A stretch of DNA of 64,000 nucleotides, taken from positions 4,017-68,016 of the forward strand of contig CADCCQ010000002.1 of the NCBI GenBank assembly GCA_902799955.1. Reading direction: 5' to 3'. Shown here one piece after another: positions 43,581-51,970 of this stretch (position 1 is its first letter; each line of letters begins with the position of its first letter). The position numbers and the translations under genes are program-made. The DNA is from an uncultured bacterium (GTDB lineage: Bacteria; Verrucomicrobiota; Kiritimatiellia; RFP12; UBA1067). Below the pieces are notes generated by a model. It saw nothing but the letters and a program-made list of their open reading frames with translations. It searched no databases and had not been told where the DNA came from.

Positions 43581-45648
43581 CCGGCGCATCCTCGTCCTCC
43601 TCTCCGGGCAGGGTTATGAACTTCGTCGCCTGCATCCCCTTGGGCTGGTTCGGGAGCCTCCCGCAGACGATTAGACCGTCCGTGATGGCGCGTTCGACCG
43701 CCAGCTTCGCGGTCTTCTCCATGAGGCCGTAGGCCGTTTTCACCGTGTCGATGAACACGCCCTTGGCCTGCGGATGGTCGGGATCGACCAGCTCCGCGAG
43801 ACGCTTCGCAATCTCGGAAGGAGGCGGATCGTCCTTCTTGGCACCCACCTCCGACTTGCCAGCCAAGTCCTCCGGGTTCCTATCGTAGTCGGGCAGCATG
43901 AGCGGAAACGCCTTCTGCAGCACGATAGGCTCCTGACGCGGGAACGAGCGCACGACAGCCTCCAAGACAAGGTAGCCGTCGTCCTTGTGCTCGCGCAGGA
44001 TGAGGTGTGTGTCGGCTGCGCGCGACTGAGAGCCAGCGCCAGCGCCGACATCCGTTATCGACTTCTGCGACTGGTTCCCCTTGGACGTGTGGTGGATGAG
44101 GACAAACGAACACCCGACCTTCTTGGCGAAGGTGTCGATGAGGTTGTAGATGCTGGCGATAGAGCCGTTGTCGTTCTCGTCCGTGTCCTTCGGGAGCGCA
44201 CGGTAGAACGCGTCGATGACTATCATCCTGTACCCCGCCTCCTTGAACTTCGGAAGCCACGCGGCGAGGTCGGCTATCGACTTCCACTTGCCTCGAAGGT
44301 TCCACACGTCGATCATGTCGTCCACGTTGGGGAGATTCGGGTTGACTTTGCGCATAGCCTCGACTACGAGCGGGATGCGGTTCGCGGACGTCTCCTCGTG
44401 AAGTTCGTTGTCGATGAGAAGGACTTTGCCCGCCGTGCAGACGTGGCCGAACCACTCCGTTCCCGAGGCGACGCAGATCGCGAGCTGTGTAACGAGCCAC
44501 GACTTGCCGGTCTTGGGCGCTGCGATGATGTTCATTGTCTCTCCAATTCTCAGGAAGCCGTCGATGAGGACGGGGCGCATCTCCGGGAAACGCCTCTTGA
44601 GCGTCCCAAGCGAAATCGGTCCCTCCTCCGATGCTGGTCCCTGTTCCCCGTTCCCAGTTCCCCCGGCTTTCAGGTTGAACGTCACGCCCAGCGTCGGCTC
44701 CTTCGCCTTGCCGTAGCCGGCGGTGTGCAAAGCGGACGCTGCGGCGGTGAAGTCGCCGTTGTGCCGCAGCGTCGCATAGACCGCGAACGGACTGTACTTG
44801 ACGTTCGGCTCGAACGGGGCCGCGTTCGACGAAAACACATAGAACGACCCGTCCTTGTAGGTCGCCGAGACTCCGTTCCTGGGGTCCTTTCCGGGACGCG
44901 TCCACTGCTCGTTGCCGTCGGCCTTGAGGCCGCAGAACTGCCAGCCTGCGTCGGAGAGAAGCCCGTGGATGTCGCCACGGGCGTTGAAATCGTCCCCCGG
45001 CGGCAAGTCCCACGCCTCCTTTCCGCTGGTAGGGGCGAAATCCGCGCCACGTTGCGCGACGTTCGCTCCGGCGGGGGCTGGCGGGCAGTTTGCCGCAGGA
45101 AGCTCGTCGAGCGAACGTGCGGCGTCCAGGAGGGCTTTCCGCGCATCGGGCGGTATAACCGCGAGATTGGCGAAGTCTCCCTGCTGGAGCGAATAGCCCT
45201 CGGTCGGGGCGCAGAGGAATAGCCCTCCCTCGCCACGCGTTTCGATTAGCGTCTTCTCCTTGCCTTCGCGGATGCCGCGCGCCAGTTTCAGATTGCCATC
45301 CACCGGCTCATCCGAACGGTAGAACACATGGTATCCGCCGCTCGGGGTCTGCTCAATGACGAGCTTCGAGAGGAGTTCCGTGTCGATCTTGTCCATCCAC
45401 GCGGCGAACAGCTCGCCGTGCTGGTCGAAGTCCATGCACTCGAGGTTCCCGGACACTTTGCCCGAAACCACACATATAGCGTCGTGCGTGTTCGAGAACC
45501 ACGCCTTGACCTCGACCTTCGTCGGAAGCCGAGACTGCCATGTCTTCCAGCCTCCGATTGCCGGACGCTTCTTCGCCTTGGCAGCGGGAAGGCACGAGAG
45601 GCCTGCTGCGAGATACGCCATTGCCGTTGCGACGGGTATTGTAGCCAT
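43576..45648 (-). CDS. bifunctional primase-polymerase / RepA-DnaB-like helicase (690 aa)
   Basis: N-terminus AAGLSCLPAAKAKKRPAIGGWKTWQ...ICVVSGKVSGNLECMDFDQHG (prim-pol). C-terminal Walker A IIAAPKTGKSW and VLLIDNEL. AAAGGAGG SD before the ATG at 45648. Confidence 0.8.
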   Translation of the reverse strand: MATIPVATAMAYLAAGLSCLPAAKAKKRPAIGGWKTWQSRLPTKVEVKAWFSNTHDAICVVSGKVSGNLECMDFDQHGELFAAWMDKIDTELLSKLVIEQTPSGGYHVFYRSDEPVDGNLKLARGIREGKEKTLIETRGEGGLFLCAPTEGYSLQQGDFANLAVIPPDARKALLDAARSLDELPAANCPPAPAGANVAQRGADFAPTSGKEAWDLPPGDDFNARGDIHGLLSDAGWQFCGLKADGNEQWTRPGKDPRNGVSATYKDGSFYVFSSNAAPFEPNVKYSPFAVYATLRHNGDFTAAASALHTAGYGKAKEPTLGVTFNLKAGGTGNGEQGPASEEGPISLGTLKRRFPEMRPVLIDGFLRIGETMNIIAAPKTGKSWLVTQLAICVASGTEWFGHVCTAGKVLLIDNELHEETSANRIPLVVEAMRKVNPNLPNVDDMIDVWNLRGKWKSIADLAAWLPKFKEAGYRMIVIDAFYRALPKDTDENDNGSIASIYNLIDTFAKKVGCSFVLIHHTSKGNQSQKSITDVGAGAGSQSRAADTHLILREHKDDGYLVLEAVVRSFPRQEPIVLQKAFPLMLPDYDRNPEDLAGKSEVGAKKDDPPPSEIAKRLAELVDPDHPQAKGVFIDTVKTAYGLMEKTAKLAVERAITDGLIVCGRLPNQPKGMQATKFITLPGEEDEDAPD

Positions 45649-45674
45649 GAGACCTCCTTTGCTTTTTTTGTGTG

Positions 45675-45902
45675 TTACCCGCTCTGCGAGCGGACGCTGT
45701 CGATTGCGTTCTGCCACATGCTGGGCTTCTTGGGCGGCGTGTGGCTCGCCACGAACCACAGCAGGGCGAAGAGAAGAAGAACCGCCGCCCCCATCAGGGC
45801 GGCGTACCTCGACGCCTTGTACAGCTTCTCGCGCCAGCGTATCTGCCTGTCCACCCAAGCCCAGTATTCGTCGTCAGAACGGAATGTCATCCCAGTCTTC
45901 AT
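45675..45902 (-). CDS. small membrane protein (75 aa)
   Basis: AAGGAGAGGAG SD before the ATG at 45902. AALMGAAVLLLFALLWFVA transmembrane helix. Confidence 0.45.
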   Translation of the reverse strand: MKTGMTFRSDDEYWAWVDRQIRWREKLYKASRYAALMGAAVLLLFALLWFVASHTPPKKPSMWQNAIDSVRSQSG

Positions 45903-47601
45903 CGGAAAGCTCCTCTCCTTGTGTGTTTTGTCCAGACTCAACGAGCGGAAACTCGCCGAGTTCACAACCAGTTATCTCGGGGTACTTCTGCCCCGACACG
46001 AACCGCACAGTTATCTCCTTGACCTCGCGCAGCATCCCGGAGAACTCGTGTTCGCACACCTCCTCCGCCGTGCGCGGCATCGGGCAGTCGGGATGCGCGT
46101 GCTCTCGCCACCATTTCTCGAACTTCCTGCGTGCGTACCCCGTGTGTTCGGGACACAGCCACTCGGAGTAGTGCGTAAGGTAGTCGATGTCGTATGTGAC
46201 GCGCACCGTCTTCGGCGCATCCGGCGGAGCGCCCCGCTTCTCCCACACCTGGTAGATTGTGTGCTTGACGGGAAACTTCTCAATCGTCACCTCGCCAGAG
46301 AGAATGCCAGCCCTCGCCGCAGTCGCCTCATGAGCCTTGTGCTCCGGTTCCTTGCGCGGCCATTGGTATCCGCAGGTCGGGCAGAGCATGACGGGAAGGT
46401 TCACGATTGTGCGGCAGTTGGGACACTCCTTGGCGAGCGGTCCGCCTCCGCCCTGGCCGGGTTCCTTGACCCGTATCATGTCGATCGGCCCGTGACGCTC
46501 GATGTTGCGTCCGTAGTCGAGGACAAGACACTCGGTCTTGCCAGTCTCGGGCGACAGTCGAAAGCCACGCCCCACCATCTGCACCAGAAGCCCTGGCGAA
46601 TTGGTGGGGCGCAGCAATGCGATGGTGTCGAGGCGAGGAATGTCAGTCCCCGTAGTCAACACAGACACATTGCAGCAGTACCTGAGCGGCGGCTTGTCCG
46701 CGAAGAGGTCGGCTTTCACCGTCTCGCCGCGAAGCCGACGGATCGTCTCCTCGCGTTCGAGGTCGGGCATGTCGCCCGTGACGATTGCACACTCCTCGCC
46801 GGAGAACTTCGCAATCTGCGCCGCAACCTTCTTGCAGTGGGCGATTGAGGTGCAGAAGATGAGGCAAGCCTTGCGGTCTTTTGTAAGCTCGACGATCTCG
46901 TTGCAGGCGGACGTCACAAGACGATCCTCGCCCATCAGCTTCTCAACGTCCTCGGCGACGAACTCGCCAGCGCGGATGTGCAAGCCCTCGGTATTCGCCT
47001 TGACCTTGCCAGCCCTCGCCGTGATGTTCGAGATGTAGCCACGGTTGATGAGTTCCTTGACCCCGATCTCGTAGCACACCTCGTTCAGGAGATTTTCAGG
47101 CTTGCAGATAAGCCCGCCCTGCGTCCTGTAGGGAGTGGCCGTCCAGCCGACAAGCCGGACGCGGGGATTGACCCGCTTCGCGGCTTCAAGGAAAGTACGG
47201 TAGCGTCCCTCGCCGTCAGGCGGCACCATGTGTACTTCGTCGATCATGACGAGATCGAACGGCTTGAACGCCTCGATCTTGTTGTACACCGACTGGATGC
47301 CGGCGACGACTACAGGTTGCTGCGTGTCGCGGCTATCGAGCCCTGCCGAATACACGCCGACAGGGAGGTCGGGACAGATGGACTTGAGCTTCCCCGCGTT
47401 CTGCTCGACCAGCTCCTTGACGTGTGCGAGTATCATCACGCGCCCGTTCCACTTCGTCACGGCGTCCTTCGCCACCTGCGCAATGCAGAGGCTCTTGCCG
47501 CCCGCCGTGGGAATCACAACGCAGGGATTCGTGTCCTTTTCGCGGAGGTGCTGGTACACGGATTCAACCGCGTCGCTCTGGTAGGGGCGCAATGTGTACA
47601 T
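45874..47601 (-). CDS. superfamily-2 DEAD/DEAH-box DNA helicase with Zn-ribbon (575 aa)
   Basis: LRPYQSDAV, VIPTAGGKS (motif I), MIDEVH (motif II), CPNC...CPTC. ATG at 47601 with GGAGGGA SD. Confidence 0.85.
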   Translation of the reverse strand: MYTLRPYQSDAVESVYQHLREKDTNPCVVIPTAGGKSLCIAQVAKDAVTKWNGRVMILAHVKELVEQNAGKLKSICPDLPVGVYSAGLDSRDTQQPVVVAGIQSVYNKIEAFKPFDLVMIDEVHMVPPDGEGRYRTFLEAAKRVNPRVRLVGWTATPYRTQGGLICKPENLLNEVCYEIGVKELINRGYISNITARAGKVKANTEGLHIRAGEFVAEDVEKLMGEDRLVTSACNEIVELTKDRKACLIFCTSIAHCKKVAAQIAKFSGEECAIVTGDMPDLEREETIRRLRGETVKADLFADKPPLRYCCNVSVLTTGTDIPRLDTIALLRPTNSPGLLVQMVGRGFRLSPETGKTECLVLDYGRNIERHGPIDMIRVKEPGQGGGGPLAKECPNCRTIVNLPVMLCPTCGYQWPRKEPEHKAHEATAARAGILSGEVTIEKFPVKHTIYQVWEKRGAPPDAPKTVRVTYDIDYLTHYSEWLCPEHTGYARRKFEKWWREHAHPDCPMPRTAEEVCEHEFSGMLREVKEITVRFVSGQKYPEITGCELGEFPLVESGQNTQGEELSDEDWDDIPF

Positions 47602-47926
47602 GGACAAGTCCCTCCGGGATTGGTTCCAGCATCTCCATGTGGAGACGCTTGACGAGTGAGTCGTCCTCCATTACGCCCGCGTTGACGAGCGAGTCCAGGA
47701 GGCATTTGAGGATGTTGTCGATGTCGCGCCTCCTCCTGTCGGGAGGATAGCAGTCGAGGGACAACGCAACCGCCCCGGAGAACTTGTCGAAAAGCCCTCC
47801 GAGGCGGCTCACCGCAATTCGGCGGTATTTGCGACCCTCGCGGCTGATGAGGACGCAATGCCCGACGTGGCGGTAGTAGCGGTTTACGCTGGGCGGCCAG
47901 GGGAGGTCGAACTCTACCGCACCCAC
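47564..47926 (-). CDS. rusA: RusA-family Holliday junction resolvase (about 120 aa)
   Basis: FDLPWPPSVNRYYR...YPPDRRRRDIDNILKCLLDSL. GTG 47926 is a provisional start. Confidence 0.7.
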   Translation of the reverse strand: MGAVEFDLPWPPSVNRYYRHVGHCVLISREGRKYRRIAVSRLGGLFDKFSGAVALSLDCYPPDRRRRDIDNILKCLLDSLVNAGVMEDDSLVKRLHMEMLEPIPEGLVHVHIAPLPERRG

Positions 47927-48363
47927 GGCGCGGCCCCCGACGCCTGCGGCGACTTCTGCACCGGCTGCTGTGTCTGCGCGGACTTCGCCTTGTACGCCTT
48001 GATGACGTTCTTCGTCGGGTCGTTCCTGTCGAGGCCGACCGTAATGAGGAGCGGGAGGTTGTGGAGCTGTACGGTATCCTCCAGCTCGGTTACTCCGACC
48101 GCCTTGCAGAGGCTCGCCAGCTCCTCGCGCCCGATCTGCTGCGCCTTCGCGCTCGCGTTCTCGTAGTTGATCCACGCGAACACCTTGCGTCCCTTGGCCG
48201 GACCCTCGGAGAGGATCTCGAACGTGAGGTTGATGCCGATGCCGGTGCCGGACTTGGTGGCCCTCGTCTCCGAGTCGGTCACGACCGCCTCGTAGGTGCC
48301 GGAGGGGATTGCGTCGCGGGAGGTAGTGTCGACCTCGGCCGCATTGAACTTCAGTTGTGCCAT
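47914..48363 (-). CDS. DUF669-like ssDNA-binding protein (149 aa)
   Basis: IPSGTYEAVVTDSETRATKSGTGIGINLTFEILSEGPAKGRKVFAWIN. ATG at 48363 with AAAGGAG SD. Adjacent to the Sak4-like ATPase. Confidence 0.65.
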   Translation of the reverse strand: MAQLKFNAAEVDTTSRDAIPSGTYEAVVTDSETRATKSGTGIGINLTFEILSEGPAKGRKVFAWINYENASAKAQQIGREELASLCKAVGVTELEDTVQLHNLPLLITVGLDRNDPTKNVIKAYKAKSAQTQQPVQKSPQASGAAPWVR

Positions 48364-48456
48364 GATAGGCTCCTTTCCTGTTTTCGTTTGGGCATGAAAA
48401 AAGGGAACCCGCGCCACAAGGCACGGATTCCCCGTTTTCAAAGTCAGATTGTTGCG

Positions 48457-49203
48457 TTACTTCTTCGATCCCGCCTTCATGCCGTCCATGAAGGCCTGCC
48501 ACGAGAGAGCCATCTCGCTCGGAAGCGAATAGCGGTTCTTCGCGTTGCAGGCGGGCGAGCCGTTCGTGCGGAGGATTCGCTCGCCACCATCGGCACCGAC
48601 GGGTGCTGCCTTGCCGGTCGTGGAGTCCACGCGCATCCTGCGAGTGGCGAACAGCACAGCGTCCGCCCACTCGCACACGAGCGAGTTCGCAGACTTGTGG
48701 AGACGCGGCTGGTAGCGGTCGTAGGCGGGATGCTCCGGGTCCTCGAAGCGCTCGACCTTGGCGTGTGCAACAAGAATCACAGCCATCTGCTTGCGTGCGC
48801 GGATCTCGTTCAGGAGCTTCACGATCTCGCGCCAATATGTGAGCGCGTAGGTGTACCCCTTGCCGTAGCCTCCGTCGGCCTTTTCGATGGACTTGACGCC
48901 GTAGTCGGCGCACACGCGGTCCCAGATGAGACGCTCAAGCCAGTCGAGCGAGTCGATGCACAGCGTCGCGTAGTCGTGTTCGCCGTCGCGGATTGCCTTG
49001 AGCTGCTCCACGACCTCCGCGTAAGAGGTGCAAAGCGGGAACTTCGCGCAGTCAATCTCACTCAAACCATCTTCGGTCTGAATGAAGATCGGCTTTGGCG
49101 ATGAGGCGGCGAAGGTGGACTTCCCCACTCCCTCGCTGCCGTAGATCATGATGCGGGGAGGCTGCTGCGCCTTGCCCGTTGTTATCGTCTCCAGTAGGTT
49201 CAT
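48457..49203 (-). CDS. Sak4-like RecA-fold AAA ATPase (AAA_24 type), 248 aa
   Basis: PRIMIYGSEGVGKSTFAA Walker A. LCIDSLDWLE Walker B. Confidence 0.75.
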   Translation of the reverse strand: MNLLETITTGKAQQPPRIMIYGSEGVGKSTFAASSPKPIFIQTEDGLSEIDCAKFPLCTSYAEVVEQLKAIRDGEHDYATLCIDSLDWLERLIWDRVCADYGVKSIEKADGGYGKGYTYALTYWREIVKLLNEIRARKQMAVILVAHAKVERFEDPEHPAYDRYQPRLHKSANSLVCEWADAVLFATRRMRVDSTTGKAAPVGADGGERILRTNGSPACNAKNRYSLPSEMALSWQAFMDGMKAGSKK

Positions 49204-49287
49204 CTGTTGTTCCTTTTTTCGGGTGTATGAAAAAGGCGGGCGATGGAATACCGCCCGCCAAATTGAATAGTGGATGGTTGATGGAGG

Positions 49288-50112
49288 CTACACGTCGAGA
49301 ATACGCATATCCTCCGTGCGCGTAGGCCAGACGTTCTCGCGGCGGCACTTGCGGAGTTCCGCAATCGCACGCTCGTTCTCAAGGGCGCAAGCCTCAAGTA
49401 TGCCGTCGGTGAGCTTCCACACGCCGCAGCGCATCGGCTCGCGCTTCTCGACTGCGATGAGGTAGCAGTCGGCGACGACCTCGCCCTCGCTTGCGGTGCA
49501 CAAGACCTCGCGGTAGAACGCCATCTGCTGCGGATAGCCGAAACGCCGCGCGTCGCCCTCGAAGTAGTCGAGCGTCTCGCAGGTCTTAAGGTCGCAGATG
49601 ACCGGGCGTCCATCGTAGTCTGCGCGGAACCAGTCCATGCGTATCTGGCATGGCTCGTCGCAGTAGTGTGTGCGAACGGTCTGCTCGGCGACGCCGTCGT
49701 CCAGCAGCTCGCGGGCGACGGGATGCGCCCACACGCTCTCGCGGAGCTTCGACATGAAGGCGAAGTCGGGACCGCCCACGACGTCCTTCGTCTGCGCCGC
49801 CGCCCACTCCTTGTACGCCTTCGTGAGCTTCCCGAACGGCTCGCCGGTCTTCGGGTTGACCGGCCCGTCGCTCACCATGAACTCCTCGTCGAACTTCGAG
49901 CGTCCCTCAAGAACAAGGGTATGGACGGCGCGTCCGACTGCAAGCGCAGTCGACTCCGTAGGCTCGATCTCGCCGTTCATCTTCTTCTTGTAGAGAAGAG
50001 GCGACTTCCTGAAATCGCCGAGCAGATGGCTGGAGAGGAACTTCCCGTCCCTCGCCGCCTGATGGTACTCGTCGGACGGCACGTCCGCAAAGAATGGTAG
50101 GCTGTTTTTCAT
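49288..50112 (-). CDS. PD-(D/E)XK nuclease (phage exonuclease, Cas4/RecB-like fold), 274 aa
   Basis: AVGRAVHTLVLEG, ICDLKTCE (D-x-K) and GYPQQMAFY motifs. First gene of the leftward early operon. Confidence 0.7.
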   Translation of the reverse strand: MKNSLPFFADVPSDEYHQAARDGKFLSSHLLGDFRKSPLLYKKKMNGEIEPTESTALAVGRAVHTLVLEGRSKFDEEFMVSDGPVNPKTGEPFGKLTKAYKEWAAAQTKDVVGGPDFAFMSKLRESVWAHPVARELLDDGVAEQTVRTHYCDEPCQIRMDWFRADYDGRPVICDLKTCETLDYFEGDARRFGYPQQMAFYREVLCTASEGEVVADCYLIAVEKREPMRCGVWKLTDGILEACALENERAIAELRKCRRENVWPTRTEDMRILDV

Positions 50113-50225
50113 TGTCTTCCTTTCTGTGAGGTGAAAAAGAGCGAGACATGGCGGCGCGGAAAGTATGGAATCATTACGAAACCGACAATGGAATCAAAGG
50201 CGACGCCATGTCTCGTCCCCACTCT

Positions 50226-50254
50226 CTTATACGACAAACGGTACACGGTTTTAA
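50226..50254 (-). promoter_or_regulatory. second promoter type, copy B (early leftward promoter)
   Basis: TTAAAA (50254-50249), 17-nt spacer, TATAAG (50231-50226). The block 50221-50255 is near-identical to 34600-34634. Confidence 0.5.
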
Positions 50255-50377
50255 CGGACAATTTTCTGGAATCGAAGGTCGGCGGACTCCCACCCAGATT
50301 CATCGACAACCTGCTCCTCCCTAGCCGCAGCATCCCGGCGAAACACCTGCTACTTTGTTGAAATATGAAATACTACA

Positions 50378-50407
50378 TTGCTGTTAGACGGCATTTTTTG
50401 GTATAAT
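50378..50407 (+). promoter_or_regulatory. strong sigma70-like promoter of the low-GC island operon
   Basis: TTGCTG (50378-50383), 18-nt spacer, extended -10 TGgTATAAT (50399-50407). Lies 45 nt upstream of the ATG at 50452. Confidence 0.6.
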
Positions 50408-50451
50408 ATATGTCACTTGCATATAAAAACACATGACAAGAGAAGCCAAGC

Positions 50452-50673
50452 ATGACTACAACGCTTAGACTCAACGACGATTTGAAACGCGCCTGCGACG
50501 CGATCCTCGATGACATCGGGATCTCGTTCAGCGCAGCTGTGACCATTTTCATGAACGAGGTCGTAAGAACCGGCGGCATCCCGTTCATGGTGCGCTCGCC
50601 CAAGGCCGTCGGCCCGGCAAAGGATATGCAGACCAAGCCGGAGCCTGACAGCGAAAAGCGGCAGGAGGAGTGA
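50452..50673 (+). CDS. RelB/DinJ-family ribbon-helix-helix antitoxin-like protein (73 aa)
   Basis: MTTTLRLNDDLKRACDAILDDIGISFSAAVTIFMNEVVRTGGIPFMV is the canonical DinJ/RelB N-terminal pattern. Confidence 0.8.
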   Translation: MTTTLRLNDDLKRACDAILDDIGISFSAAVTIFMNEVVRTGGIPFMVRSPKAVGPAKDMQTKPEPDSEKRQEE

Positions 50674-50674
50674 C

Positions 50675-51451
50675 ATGACAACAGCCCCTACCATCAACAT
50701 ACAGCATCTTGGAATTCTGTCTGCCGTCCTTGATATGGACGATGACGGATGTGCCGTTGCGGTTGACGAGGTTGCGAACACAAGCAGCGCAAATGGACTG
50801 TCCATTGCTGATGTCCAGAAGAAAGTCAAGGCTTATTTCCATCTTACGGCGAATGACAATATCCAACGCTATATGATGGAATGCTTGATGTGGATCGCCC
50901 AAAAAACAGACCGCGACAAAAGCACAACAATCTCCTATTGCGAGTGGACTACAGAAAGTCGCCAGATCATTTCAAGAATCTACACCAAACGATTGATAGA
51001 CTATTTCTCGAAATGTTCAATAGACGAGCGAGCAAGGGAAATGGCTGCAGTAAGTTCACAAGACCCCTTGTTCATTAGGCACATCGAATTGCTTGGGGAA
51101 GAGGGACTACCTCTACTCACCAGGGCACTTGAGGCTTACTGCTCTGCCGAAATGAACAGGCAAAAGTGGTACGAATATGAGTTGTACAACGAAGACGATC
51201 TCATGGAATATGAGAGCCGGCTGCTGAATAAGCACGATGAAATCTTCAACAGGGCGCACAACCCTGGGCAAAGCGACGAGGCAAGAGGCGCAGAAACGCT
51301 AAGGATGTGCAGCAGCCAGGGAGACGCAATCCCGCTTGCAGACAAACCGACCCAGGGAAGAATGGCAGAAGGAACGTATCATCGCATTGCCAACAAAGGC
51401 GACACGATTGGATGGCATCCGCAATGGCCGGATAAGATCAAGAGGGACTGA
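50675..51451 (+). CDS. 258-aa protein, candidate first (CTD-bearing) component of an ABC-3C-type system; no recognised effector domain
   Basis: GGAGGAG SD. Start is 1 nt after the RHH stop. C-terminal GTYHRIANKGDTIGWHPQW motif. The call rests on gene order upstream of the MC-like and DUF3732 genes. Confidence 0.45.
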   Translation: MTTAPTINIQHLGILSAVLDMDDDGCAVAVDEVANTSSANGLSIADVQKKVKAYFHLTANDNIQRYMMECLMWIAQKTDRDKSTTISYCEWTTESRQIISRIYTKRLIDYFSKCSIDERAREMAAVSSQDPLFIRHIELLGEEGLPLLTRALEAYCSAEMNRQKWYEYELYNEDDLMEYESRLLNKHDEIFNRAHNPGQSDEARGAETLRMCSSQGDAIPLADKPTQGRMAEGTYHRIANKGDTIGWHPQWPDKIKRD

Positions 51452-51457
51452 GGCAGC

Positions 51458-51970
51458 ATGAAAGCAGATAGTAGTCTTCTCGTTGATGAGTACCGCACAT
51501 GGCACACGCCTGTTATTGGCGCGTATCTGCTATACCTTTTCACGGAGGCGTACAAGGGAAGCCATCCAGAAGGACGCGCACCCATCGTCATCCTACATTT
51601 CATAGCCGCTGCAATCCTTACCGATGATGCGCTCGCCGACAAGCTAAAACGGAAAACATCTCTCGTCCAATATGTGCGACACGCCCGAAATGGCGACACG
51701 TCGCTCCACTTTATGAAACTGCACGAGCGCACGCGTTCTCGCTTTTCGTACACAGCCAGAGCTATTGACATCGCGGTTGCGGGCGGATATCTCAAATGGG
51801 ACGTGGACTCGGCGAGCCTAACCGCCTGCAAATTGGCAAGCAGACCGGGAAGCGGGGACTTCAAAACAGGGCGCATCAAAGAGCTTGGCGAACGCGCAAA
51901 ACTTCTTGGGCGCATCATGGCAAGGACAACATTGCCCAAAACGGCAGAACTATTAGGAGTGTCGCTATAA
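51458..51970 (+). CDS. 170-aa helical protein, candidate ABC-3C middle component
   Basis: Size and its position directly upstream of, and overlapping (TAATG), the DUF3732-type ATPase gene. Confidence 0.5.
   Translation: MKADSSLLVDEYRTWHTPVIGAYLLYLFTEAYKGSHPEGRAPIVILHFIAAAILTDDALADKLKRKTSLVQYVRHARNGDTSLHFMKLHERTRSRFSYTARAIDIAVAGGYLKWDVDSASLTACKLASRPGSGDFKTGRIKELGERAKLLGRIMARTTLPKTAELLGVSL

Noticed and set aside
47927-48913. Upstream two-thirds of the 449-aa minus-strand ORF 47564..48913
   Set aside because: Only the last 120 or so codons (RusA motifs) look like protein. The rest overlaps the DUF669 and Sak4-like genes out of frame and is Arg/Gly-rich.
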